Assembly (NCBI GenBank): GCA_964016885.1
Contig: OZ024763.1
Span: 13,330,001-13,394,000, forward strand
Source of the DNA: Eledone cirrhosa
Taxonomy: Eukaryota
DNA length: 64,000 nucleotides
Reading direction: 5' to 3'
Below the pieces are notes generated by a model. The model was not told where the DNA came from. It saw only the letters and a program-made list of their open reading frames with translations, and made no database searches. The translations under genes and the position numbers were made by a program. The first letter of the stretch is position 1, and each line of letters opens with the position of its first letter. Below, piece by piece: positions 22,492 to 36,017 of the stretch.

Positions 22492-25400
22492 CTTCATTGT
22501 GTGATTGCTAAACAATTTGAAGTGGCTGAGGGCACTGTGCGCATTCATTCGTGATGATCTGAACATGTGCAAAGTTTGTTCCCAGAGTACTCAATGAAGA
22601 TCAAAGGCAGAGGCACATTGATGACAGCAGGGAGGTGGTCCGGTGGATTGTTTTGAATCCAAGTGTCCTTTAGTCTCTGGTAACCTGTGACAAGAGCTGG
22701 GTCTGCTGTTATGATCCACTGACCCAGAGACAATGCCCAGTGGAAACATCCTGACTCTCCAAGATCCAAGAAGACCAGGCAAAGCAAGTCCAATAGGAAG
22801 CTCATAATGATCCCATTCTTCAACAGCAAGGGCATCATCTACACCCAATGGGTTTGCCATGGCCAGACAGTCAACATAGGGTACTATGTAGAGGTTTTGA
22901 GGCAGTTCAGAAAGAGATTTCATCACAAGAAACCAGAACTCTTCAAGTCTGGTCGTGGCACCAGAACAATGCTCCCAGCCACCAATCCATCCTGCACCTT
23001 TTCTTCTTTTTCTTCTTTTTCATCATTTTCTATTTCTTTTTTCTTCATTTTTCTTTTTCTTCATTTTCTTCTTCTTGTTCTTCATCTTCTTCCTTCTGTC
23101 TTCTTTTTCTTCTTTTTCTTTCCTTTTCTTTTTCTTCTTTTTACTTTTTCTTTTTCTTTTCCTTTTTTTCTTTTTACTTTTTCTTTTTCTTTATTTTCTT
23201 CTTGTTCTTCATCTTCTTGTCTTTTTCTTTTTTTCTTTTTCTTCTTGTTTTTCGTTTTCTTCTTTTTCGTCTTCTTCTTGTTGTTCAGCTAGTTGCTTCT
23301 TACTCTCCCTCTCTCTCTCTCTCTCAGACAAACTATACAAATATTTCTCTCATATTTTAAAATCTATTTCCCTGCCTCCTCTCTCTCTATGTGCCACCCG
23401 CTCGTGCCACCCGCTCGTGCCACCCGCTCGTGCCACCCACTCGTGCCACCCACTCGTGCCATCAACACTGCAGCTAGCCCACCGTGGATTACACATCTCT
23501 CCATACTCGAAACTGTTGACCTGCGTGAAGGGTTCCGTCTATGACGTTGTGGTTGACAATCGACCTGATTCCAGTACATACCTGCAATGGGTTGGTAAAA
23601 CATTGTCCGAAGAGAATGGCTACCAGCTCCTTGTCCCGCCAGACTGTGGCCATGGTTACCTAGCACTAGAGGAAGGAAGTACCGTCATTTACTGTCAGGT
23701 CAGCATTCTCTTTTCATTTAGCTATTAAAAAGTTATTTTAATTTTGTTTTTTAAATTGTGTTTACTTAAAATATATTTGTTAATTTTAAATTGTTTTAAT
23801 TCAAATTTCTTTTTAAATTTTTAATATCTTTAATATTTAATTTATAGTTTTAAAAAATTATTAATAATTTTTAATTTTGAGGAATAATTTTTTTTTTTAA
23901 AGTTTATTCCTTTTTTATTCCTATTTTAAAAAATTAATTTTTATTTTTGAATATATTTTCTCATTTTTAATTTTCTATTCATTCTTAATTTGATTTTTTT
24001 TTTTTTTTTTTAATTATTTTAAAATTTTAAGTTTTTTCATTTTAACATTTTAAAAGGTTTTTGAATTTCAATTTTCTAATTTCCTTTCTTAACATTTACA
24101 TTATTCTATATCAGTGGTTCCCAACCATTTGTGTCCTATGCCCCACCTCATCTCAGACATTTTTCTGCCCCATTTTGATATAAAAACAGTGATGATCAAC
24201 TACAAAGTGTAAACTAATTGGTGTATGGGCGATGCCAGATGTACAATAACATGTGTGGAGGAGGTGAGACAAGAGTTTCTGACAGTAATGTCTACCAAAG
24301 TTGCCTTGCTGTAGGTGATGCCAGATGTACAATAACATGTGGTGGAGGTGAGACAGGAGTTTCTGACTGTAATGTCTACCAAAGTTGCCTTGGTGTAGGT
24401 GATGCCAGATACACAATAACATGTGTGGAGGAGGTGAGACAGGAGTTTCTGACAGTAATGTCTACCAAAGTTGCCTTGGTGTAGGAGATGCCAGATGTAC
24501 AATAACATGTGTGGAGGAGGTGAGACAAGAGTTTCTGACAGTAATGTCTACCAAAGTTGCCTTGGTGTAGGAGATGCCAGATGTACAATAACATGTGGTG
24601 GAGGAGGTGAGACAAGAGTTTCTGACAGTAATGTCTACCAAAGTTGCCTTGGTGTAGGAGATGCCAGATGTACAATAACATGTGTGGAGGAGGTGAGACA
24701 AGAGTTTCTGACAGTAATGTCTACCAAAGTTGCCTTGGTGTAGGAGATGCCAGATGTACAATAACATGTGTGGAGGTGGTGAGACAGGAGTTTCTGACAG
24801 TAATGTCTACCAAAGTTGCCTTGGTGTAGGTGATGCCAGATGTACAATAACATGTGGTGGAGGTGAGACAGGAGTTTCTGACTGTAATGTCTACCAAAGT
24901 TGCCTTGGTGTAGGAGATGCCAGATGTACAATAACATGTGGTGGAGGTGAGACAGGAGTTTCTGACAGTAATGTCTACCAAAGTTGCCTTGGTGTAGGTG
25001 ATGCCAGATGTACAATAACATGTGGTGGAGGTGAGACAGGAGTTTCTGACTGTAATGTCTACCAAAGTTGCCTTGGTGTAGGTGATGCCAGATGTACAAT
25101 AACATGTGTGGAGGAGGTGAGACAGGAGTTTCTGACTGTAATGTCTACCAAAGTTGCCTTGGTGTAGGTGATGCCAGATGTACAATAACATGTGTGGTGG
25201 AGGTGAGACTGGAGTTTCTGACAGTAATGTCTACCAAAGTTGCCTTGGTGTAGGTGATGCCAGATGTACAATAACATGTGGTGGAGGTGAGACAGGAGTT
25301 TCTGACTGTAATGTCTACCAAAGTTGCCTTGGTGTAGGTGATGCCAGATGTACAATAACATGTGGTGGAGGTGAGACAGGAGTTTCTGACTGTAATGTCT

Positions 25401-28400
25401 ACCAAAGTTGCCTTGGTGTAGGTGATGCCAGATGTACAATAACATGTGTGGAGGAGGTGAGACAGGAGTTTCTGACTGTAATGTCTACCAAAGTTGCCTT
25501 GGTGTAGGTGGTGCCAGATGTACAATAACATGTGGAGGAGGTGAGACAGGAGTTTCTGACTGTAATGTCTACCAAAGTTGCCTTGGTGTAGGTGATGCCA
25601 GATGTACAATAACATGTGTGGAGGAGGTGAGACAGGAGTTTCTGACAGTAATGTCTACCAAAGTTGCCTTGGTGTAGGTGATGCCAGATGTACAATAACA
25701 TGTGTGGAGGAGGTGAGACAGGACTTTCTGACTGTAATGTCTACCAAAGTTGCCTTGGTGTAGGTGATGCCAGATGTACAATAACATGTGTGGAGGAGGT
25801 GAGACAGGAGTTTCTGACAGTAATGTCTACCAAAGTTGCCTTGGTGTAGGAGATGCCAGATGTACAATAACATGTGGTGGAGGAGGTGAGACAGGAGTTT
25901 CTGACAGTAATGTCTACCAAAGTTGCCTTGGTATAGGTGATGCCAGATGTACAATAACATGTGGTGGAGGTGAGACAGGAGTTTCTGACAGTAATGTCTA
26001 CCAAAGTTGCCTTGGTGTAGGAGATGCCAGATGTACAATAACATGTGGTGGAGGAGGTGAGACAGGAGTTTCTGACAGTAATGTCTACCAAAGTTGCCTT
26101 GGTATAGGTGATGCCAGATGTACAATAACATGTGGTGGAGGTGAGACAGGAGTTTCTGACAGTAATGTCTACCAAAGTTGCCTTGGTGTAGGAGATGCCA
26201 GATGTACAATAACATGTGTGGAGGAGGTGAGACAGGAGTTTCTGACAGTAATGTCTACCAAAGTTGCCTTGGTGTAGGAGATGCCAGATGTACAATAACA
26301 TGTGGTGGAGGAGGTGAGACAGGAGTTTCTGACAGTAATGTCTACCAAAGTTGCCTTGGTATAGGTGATGCCAGATGTACAATAACATGTGGTGGAGGTG
26401 AGACAAGAGTTTCTGACAGTAATGTCTACCAAAGTTGCCTTGGTGTAGGAGATGCCAGATGTACAATAACATGTGTGGAGGAGGTGAGACAGGAGTTTCT
26501 GACAGTAATGTCTACCAAAGTTGCCTTGGTGTAGGAGATGCCAGATGTACAATAACATGTGGTGGAGGAGGTGAGACAGGAGTTTCTGACAGTAATGTCT
26601 ACCAAAGTTGTCTTGGTGTAGGAGATGCCAGATGTACAATAACATGTGTGGAGGAGGTGAGACAGGAGTTTCTGACAGTAATGTCTACCAAAGTTGCCTT
26701 GGTGTAGGAGATGCCAGATGTACAATAACATGTGGTGGAGGAGGTGAGACAGGAGTTTCTGACAGTAATGTCTACCAAAGTTGTCTTGGTGTAGGAGATG
26801 CCAGATGTACAATAACATGTGTGGAGGAGGTGAGACAGGAGTTTCTGACAGTAATGTCTACCAAAGTTGTCTTGGTGTAAGAGATGCCAGATGTACAATA
26901 ACATGTGGAGGAGGTGAGACAGGAGTTTCTGACAGTAATGTCTACCAAAGTTACCTTGGTGTAGGAGATGCCAGATGTACAATAACATGTGTGGAGGAGG
27001 TGAGACAGGAGTTTCCAACAGTAACTTGTTCCAAAGTTGCCTTGGTGTAAAAGTAATAAGATAAAACCTGAAGTTTGTTCTCATTAACATCATTTTCAAA
27101 TTGCCCCTTGAATATTCAAATTGCTACCTTGTGGGGCATGCATCTCATGTTGGGAATCACTGCTTTATATATACTATTATATTTTCATGGTAAAGGATTT
27201 ACCTCACATAATTATTTCACATAATACCAAATCTATGAGATTTTGATATTATTTATTTTGAGAGCAATACCTTAACATCAGTTTGAACGGTTAGTTACAG
27301 CCAGTTTGAATAGAAAGAGGTGAAAAAATTCTGGCCGGATATGGCTGGTTTAAATGCTAAAGGGTTAAATTTATTAAGTAAAAATCTAAATTCCATAAAA
27401 AAAAAACTGAAAATAAATCTTTTGATTTCTTTCTTTTTTTCTTTAGGGAGGTTGTTTCCTCCCATCACTTCCAGAGAAATCAATCAACTTGTTTGATCCC
27501 ATTGTCTCAATTGATTGGCCTCTCCTCAAGAACGTGAAGTCCCTCATCTCTGAAAAGGACATCATAGCCCCCTTCATAAATCATGAAAACCTAATCTTTC
27601 AAAAACATCGCAAAAGAATCTTGATTATTTCTGCAAAAGGGCAAGGTTAGCCATTTCATTATTTATTGATAATTTATTGATAATATTTTGATTAATTATC
27701 GGTTGATCATTTATTGATAACTTATTGATTGTTTATTGACAATCTGTTGACAGTCTATTTATTGACAGTCTGTTGACAGTCTGTTGACAGTCTGTTGACA
27801 GTCTGTTGGCAGTCTGTTGGCAGTCTATTGGTAGTCTGTTGACGGTCTGTTGGCAGTCTGTTGGCAGTCTGTTGGCTGTCTATTGGCTGTCTATTGGCTG
27901 TCTATTGGCTGTCTATTGGCTGTCTATTGGCTGTCTATTGGCTGTCTATTGGCTGTCTATTAGCTGTCTTTTGGCTGTCTTTTGACAGTCTTTTGACAGT
28001 CTATTGACTGTCTGTTGACAATCTATATACATATTTCAATGTCGTATAAGTTTTTAATGATATATACATTTGTGATTTACCACTCTCTAACATGTCTTCC
28101 TCTATTTCCAGTTGGTCAAACATTCTACAGGCTACTGGGGCAGTTCGATGACAAATATGTGGTTTTGGGGACGTATCACTCTGATCACGAGCCCCAGCAT
28201 TTCAAATTGGATCTGGAAACTGTTGCAAAGTACGGTTCAATTAACACTCTTTTCCTTCTCTTGTATTGTGGGCTAATTGGCAGAGTCATTAGAGTGTCTG
28301 TATTTCTTCTGGCTCTCTGAGTTCAAATCCCACCAATGATGATCAGCATTGTTTCTTTGGTCTCATCTGATGATCAGCTCCTTTCTTCTGCCAGTAGCTG

Positions 28401-30985
28401 TGACCAACAGACAGTATCAGCAATGAAAAGACCAATAGAAACATTGTTTCCCTGGTCTGATCTGATGATCAGCTCCTTTCTTCTGCCAGGAGTTGTGACC
28501 AACAGACAGTATCAACAATGGAAAGATCAATAGAAACATTGTTTCCTTTGTCTGATCTGATGATCAGTTCCTTTCTTCTGCCAGAAGTTGTGACCAACAG
28601 ACAGTATCAGCAATGGAAAGACCAGTGAAAACATTGTTTCTGAAGTGTGATCTGATGAACAGCTCCTTTCTTTTCCGTTTATATTTTTAGTGGCATCGTG
28701 ATGCTGGTGGTGGTGGTGATGGTGGTTGTGGTGATGAGGAGTGTTGGAGATGATGGTGGTGATAATAATAACTGTGGCGTTGGTTTTAATGATGATGTTG
28801 ATGATGATAGTAGTGATGATGACAATGGTGGTGGTGATGGTGATGGAGTGATAATGATGATAAGGTGTAGTAGGAAATGGTGATGATGATAATAGATGTG
28901 ATGGTGGTGCTGGAGATGATGGTGGAGGTGGTGATGACGATGACAGTAATGATGATGATGATGGTGGTGAGGGTTATGGTGGTGTTGGAGGTGATGATGA
29001 TGGTTCTGCCGATGATATTGACAAGATGGCTTAATCTCTCTTTTTCTAGGGACCCTTCCTCCATAGAACTGGTCCTAGATGCCTGTAAACCCCACATAGT
29101 CATAGTGTGTGGTGCTATGACCAATGTGAACCTCTGTGAATCAGAAACAAAAATGGTTTGTTGCTCACTTTCTTTACTAGTAGCTGTGATGGTGGTGGCA
29201 GTCTTGTTGTTGGTGGTGGTGTGTAATATGTATATCAACATCACCGTTTTACGTCCATTCTTCCACACCAGCATGGGTTAGATGAGTTGTCCTGTTGTGG
29301 GCAATGCTAGGTCAGGTGACCATGTTTTGCTCATCCAGAAGTGATTTTGGCTTGGTTTCTACTGCTGGATGCCCTTCCTCATTTGCAGTGAGTACTGGGT
29401 GATTTTTTTACTGGGGCGCCTACATGACCATTTTACAGTGAGTACTGGGTGCTTTTTACCATGACATAACCACTTTACAGTGTGGACTGGGTGATTCTTT
29501 TGTCATGACACCTACACGACCACTTTACAGTGTGGACTGGGTGATTCTTTTGTCATGACACCTACGCGACCACTTTACAGTGTGGACTGGGTGATTCTTT
29601 TGTCATGACACCTACACGACCACTTTACAGTGTGGACTGGGTGATTCTTTTGTCATGACACCTACACGACCACTTTACAGTGTGGACTGGGTGATTCTTT
29701 TGTCAAGACACCTACACAACCACTTTACAGTGTGGACTGGGTGATTCTTTTGTCATGACACCTACACGACCACTTTACAGTGTGGACTGGGTGATTCTTT
29801 TGTCATGACACCTACACGACCACTTTACAGTGTGGACTGGGTGATTCTTTTGTCATGACACCTACACGACCACTTTACAGTGTGGACTGGGTGATTCTTT
29901 TGTCATGACACCTACACGACCACTTTACAGTGTGGACTGGGTGATTCTTTTGTCATGACACCTACACGACCACTTTACAGTGTGGACTGGGTGATTCTTT
30001 TGTCATGACACCTACGCGACCACTTTACAGTGTGGACTGGGCGATTCTTTTGTCATGACACCTACGCGACCACTTTACAGTGTGGACTGGGTGATTCTTT
30101 TGTCATGACACCTACACGACCACTTTACAGTGTGGACTGGGCGATTCTTTTGTCATGACACCTACACGACCACTTTACAGTGTGGACTGGGTGATTCTTT
30201 TGTCATGACACCTACACAACCACTTTACGGTGGGAGGGGTTGGGGGCATAATGTCTATATGCTTCAGCTTCTGCCTGCACCTGTGGAAATTTGGGTCTTC
30301 TGTGTTACTGCGTAACGCCAGAGGTCTCGGTCTTGTGTCATCGCATTTGAAAGGTGCAATTTGGTAAGATCTGCGAATTGGCAGAGTTGTTAGAATGTCA
30401 GATAGAATGATTTGCGGTATTTGTTTCAACTATCTGCTCTCTCAGTTCAAATCCCACCAAGGTCAACTTTATATATATATATATATATATATTTCCTATA
30501 CGCTAGCTGCAAACGCCAGAGATATTAGACACTAGAGTTGTTTCCCTTTTCTCCTGTTGCATTATGGGCATCACTTGTGCAGTCAACACTCATAACACAT
30601 TTGCTGTTTGCTTGTACCAGTTGCTGTCTGACAGGTTTGCGGTTGTACTCTTGGCAGTGGAGACTCCTGGTGTCCTTGGCCCTAGGGCTACCTCTCTACT
30701 CACCACCATAGGCGCTGAGCTGGCCTGCCGCAGGTGTGAGCCTCGCGAGTTGGAATGGCTCTTCCAGCGCATTTCCCTTACCATCCTCTGGGGAAACGCC
30801 TTCTCTATTCTGTTTGTTGGGGCTGTGGGGAGGCCAGCACGTGGGACCCCATTTGCTCACCATATAGAGAGATGGGGAGGGCGACAGAGATGGAGGCAAT
30901 GACAGTGGGAGTCCCACCATTCCCACATCAAATGAAGCAAAACCGTCTAACCCATGTTAGCATGGAAGATGGACATTAAACGATG

Positions 30986-31032
<47 letters not shown>

Positions 31033-34000
31033 TCTGAAGACAGCATATATATGTGTAGGTATATATATTCCCTCTGATAGTTTGTAAAAATTTTACATAG
31101 ATCTATATAATATACATACCAACACACACATATATATCCTAGAAACGATCGTAAAATGATGAATTTTTTAATATAAGGAACTGTTTCTCTGTTTTTATTC
31201 ATTGTTTTTATTAATTTATATATATATATATATATATATATATGCTGATGATCTGGTTCTTATAGCAAAATCAGTAGAGGAGCTGGAGAATAAATTCTGG
31301 TTATGGAAACAGCAGTTGGAATCAAGAGGACTGAGAGTGAACCTAGCTAAGACAAAAGTGTTGATAAGTAGAAGAGAGGACAAAACCCTGATTCCATCAG
31401 GGAAATGGCCATGTTCGATATGCAGAAAAGGAACTGGCATAAATTCCATAAAATGAATGCAATGCAGATCTTGGGTACACAAGAGATGTAGTGGGATAGC
31501 AGGCAAACTGACACGTAGGGAAAACTATGTATGCAGTAGATATACAGGGAAAGTTGGTGGTAGTAATAGCAGTGATAGACACATTTTTCCAATGCAGGTG
31601 GGTTCTATAGAAGTGGTTGATACCTTCCGGTACCTAGGTGATCAGATTAGCATGGGAGGGGGTGTTCCGAGGCCATAGTATCTAGAATAAGGATGGGTTG
31701 GAAGAAGTTTAGGGAGCTGCTTCATCTGTTGACAAAGAAGGGTTTCTCCCTGCATATGATGTCTGTGTGAGATGCGCGATGCTGCATGGTAGTGAGACAT
31801 GGGCAGCAACTGCAAAGGATTTGTGACGGCTGGAGAGAAATGAAGAAAGCATGCTCCGTCAGATGTGCAATGTCAATGTGCGTGAACGACCAAGCATAGA
31901 CGAGTTGAGAAAGAAACTGGGAATAAGAGGGATAAGTTGTGTGTGCAGGAGAGAAGACTGAGATGGTATGGACATGTGATGCGCATGGAGGATGACCGCT
32001 GGGTAAAGAAGTGCCAAGAAATCCCAGTTGAAGGAAGACGCAGTAGAGGAAGACCACGAAAAACATGGGCGGAGGTGGTGAGAACAGACCTCAGATCGCT
32101 GAAGCTCACGGTGGAGATGACGAAGGACCGTGACAAGTGAAGAGATGCTGTGCTGAATAGGACCCGTCCCACCCTTGCAAGCAGGGAAAAGCGGACGTAA
32201 AATGATGATGATGATTATATACACACACATGTATGTAAAAGGTAAACAGAAATAACAACACAATCGGTACAGTATATGGAAGGAATATATTAGGTTAACG
32301 CTTGATATAGCAGGAAGAGGGTCTAGTCCTTCATCAGAAGAAAGAATGAGAAATAAGATAGATTGAGGGGACGGGCAGGTTGGAATTGGAAAAAAATGTC
32401 TTTAGATAAAAATAACAGGTCCATTCATGTTTAATATAGAAATGGCTTCTACAGGACTAGAACTGTTTCATTCAAAGAAAATCATCAGGAAAGCCCAATG
32501 ATGATTTCCTTTGAATGAAGCAGTTTTAATCCTGTAGAAGCCATTTGTATATTAAACATTATATACTCTGCTATGTATTGAGTACGTTACTTACTGTGTT
32601 TACCCACGATTGAAGCTGAGACACACCATTTTGTATTTCTTTTCTTATATATATATATATATATCATGACTCATACACTGTTCATTTTCCTGACGTTTGT
32701 ACATTATTCTATGTACTATACATACACTTTTTGATGAGTTGTAGTGCACCTGAGCACTGTACACAATATTTCATTATTATTATTATTATTTTAATTCTTA
32801 AATTGAGTCTGGCAAACCCTATTGTTCATAGTTAGTATTTTTTTCACCCTAGTGAATCTGGTCCCTTACAATTTGAACACATATATGTATATGTCTGTGT
32901 TTATCTCTCTTTTATATTCAATCACAACCTGGAAAAATTTAATTCATATATATATATATATATATCATCATATATATATATATGATGATGAAATGATGAT
33001 ATATATATATATATATATATATTATTATTAGAAATGTAAGTTATCGCCGTATTTTGACTAAAGAAATTAAAGAGATTATTTAGTCTGATAGTGGGGTTAA
33101 GAACCCTCGGAGAAATGGAAAAAGATGAGTATTGACGTACATGTACGTCAATACTCATCTCGAGGGAGTCTGTAGAAAGCAAATGTTTTACATCGTTACT
33201 CTATCAGGGACTGCTTCGAACTGCCTTTCGCCAGGTCTAAGACGGGCTATTTATATCTGTCGCTTCCTCTGTCCTCTGCCTTGAGAACCACTGGGGTGAC
33301 CTTAAGAGATCACCCATGCATAGACTTGTTTATACCAAAAGGAGGTGACCCAGAATTTGACTGTTAAATGTCAGCCAGGGTCATGGTGTGGACAGATTTC
33401 ACTAGAAACACACACACACACACACGTCATTTCTCTAATATATGTGTACATATGTATAAGTTTCAGCTCAATAGTTCCTGTTACCATCTCAAATTATTTG
33501 CTCCCTTTCATTCATTCCAGGCTTATTTGATTAACAAAGACAGTATTGCTCAGCTGGGTGCCCAGGTAAAGAAACGTGGAGCCAGAATGATCTACTTCTC
33601 AACCAACTATGTCTTCAGTGATCCACTTACACCAGAGTTACGCTCTCAACAAAAAATTGATATGTTAGGTATGTGTTTCACTCAACCCTTTCATTACCAT
33701 ATATCTAATGAAAGACACTGTCTATGTCTTTAACCCTTTCACTACCATATATCTAATGAAAGACACTGTCTATGTCTTTAACCCTTTCATTACCATATTT
33801 CTAATGAGAGACATTGTCTATGTCTTTAACCCTTTCATTGCCATATTTCTAATGAAAGACACTGTCTATGTCATTAACCCTTTCATTAACATATTTCTAA
33901 TGAAAGACACTGTCTATGTCATTAACCCTTTCATTACCATATTTCTAATGAAAGACACTGTCTATGTCATTAACCCTTTCATTACTATATTTCTAATGAA

Positions 34001-35634
34001 AGACACTGTCTATGTCATTAACCCTTTCATTACTATATTTCTAATGAAAGACACTGTCTATGTCATTAACCCTTTCATTACCATATTTCTAATGAAAGAC
34101 ACTGTATATGTCATTAACCCTTTCATTACTATATTTCTAATGAAAGACACTGTCTATGTCATTAACCCTTTCATTACCATATTTCTAATGAAAGACACTG
34201 TCTATGTCATTAACCCTTTCATTACCATATTTTTAATGAAAGACACTGTCTATGTCATTAACCCTTTCACTACCATATATCTAATGAAAGACACTGTCTA
34301 TGTCTTTAACCCTTTCATTACCATATATCTAATGAAAGACACTGTCTATGTCATTAACCTTTTCATTACCATATTTCTAATGAAAGACACTGTCTATGTC
34401 TTTAACCCTTTCATTACCATATTTCTAATGAAAGACACTGTCTATGTCATTAACCCTTTCATTACCATATTTCTAATGAAAGACACTGTCTATGTCTTTA
34501 ACCCTTTCATTACCATATATCTAATGAAAGACACTGTCTATGTCATTAACCCTTTCATTACCATATTTCCAATGAAAGACACTGTCTATGTCATTAACCC
34601 TTTCATTGCCATATTTCTAATGAAAGACACTGTCTATGTCTTTAACCCTTTCATTACCATATTTCTAATGAAAGACACTGTCTATGTCATTAACCCTTTC
34701 ATTACCATATTTCTAATGAAAGACACTGTCTATGTCTTTAACCCTTTCATTACCATATATCTAATGAAAGACACTGTCTATGTCATTAACCCTTTCATTA
34801 CCATATTTCCAATGAAAGACACTGTCTATGTCATTAACCCTTTCATTACCATATTTCTAATGAAAGACACTGTCTATGTCATTAACCCTTTCATTACCAT
34901 ATTTCTAATGAAAGACACTGTCTATGTCTTTAACCCTTTCATTACCATATATCTAATGAAAGACACTGTCTATGTCATTAACCCTTTCATTACCATATTT
35001 CCAATGAAAGACACTGTCTATGTCATTAACCCTTTCATTACCATATTTCTAATGAAAGACACTGTCTATGTCATTAACCCTTTCATTACCATATTTCTAA
35101 TGAAAGACACTGTCTATGTCATTAACCCTTTCATTGCCATATTTCTAATGAAAAGACACTGTCTATGTCATTAACCCTTTCATTACCATATTTCTAATGA
35201 AAGACACTGTTTATGTCTTTAACCCTTTCATTACCATATTCATAATGAAAGAAACTATCCCCTATGGTTTTCAAATGATTTTTTTTAAATAATCAAGATT
35301 TTGAAGGGACTTAATAATATTACTAACTTTCTCATTATGAAGTTGGGGTTTGAAACATAACCTAACCCTTTAGCATTTACATTACTCTATATTTACTATG
35401 TATTTTCACAGTTAATGTATTATCTCACGTAATATTAAATCTATGAGATTTTGATATTGATGTTGAGAACAATACCTTAACATCAGTACGAGTGGCCAGT
35501 TACAGCCGGTTTGAATAGAAAGAGGTGAGGGAATTCTGGCTGGATATGACCGGTTTAAATGCTAAAGGGTTAACTCACTCACCCTCACTCTTTCTCTTCC
35601 ATTCACCGTCGCTCTCCCTTATTCTCTCCCTCCC

Positions 35635-35708
<74 letters not shown>

Positions 35709-35940
35709 CCTCCCTCCCTCTCTTCTCTCTATCTCTCTGTCTTTCTACAGCCAGCAATATTGGTCTGAAGAACAATACCTTAACATCAGTATGAGTGGCC
35801 AGTTACAGCCGGTTTGAATAGAAAGAGGTGAGGGAATTCTGGCTGGATATGACCGGTTTAAATGCTAAAGGGTTAACCCACTCACCCTCACTCTTTCTCT
35901 TCCATTCACCGTCGCTCTCCCTTATTCTCTCCCTCCCTCA

Positions 35941-36017
<77 letters not shown>

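Noticed and set aside
24153-27099. Many Cys/His-rich repeat ORFs
   Set aside because: 84-87-bp units shift frame constantly; this is a tandem array inside a MITE.
33708-35174. 488-aa ORF of 16-aa repeats
   Set aside because: Translation of a 48-bp MITE-derived minisatellite within an intron.
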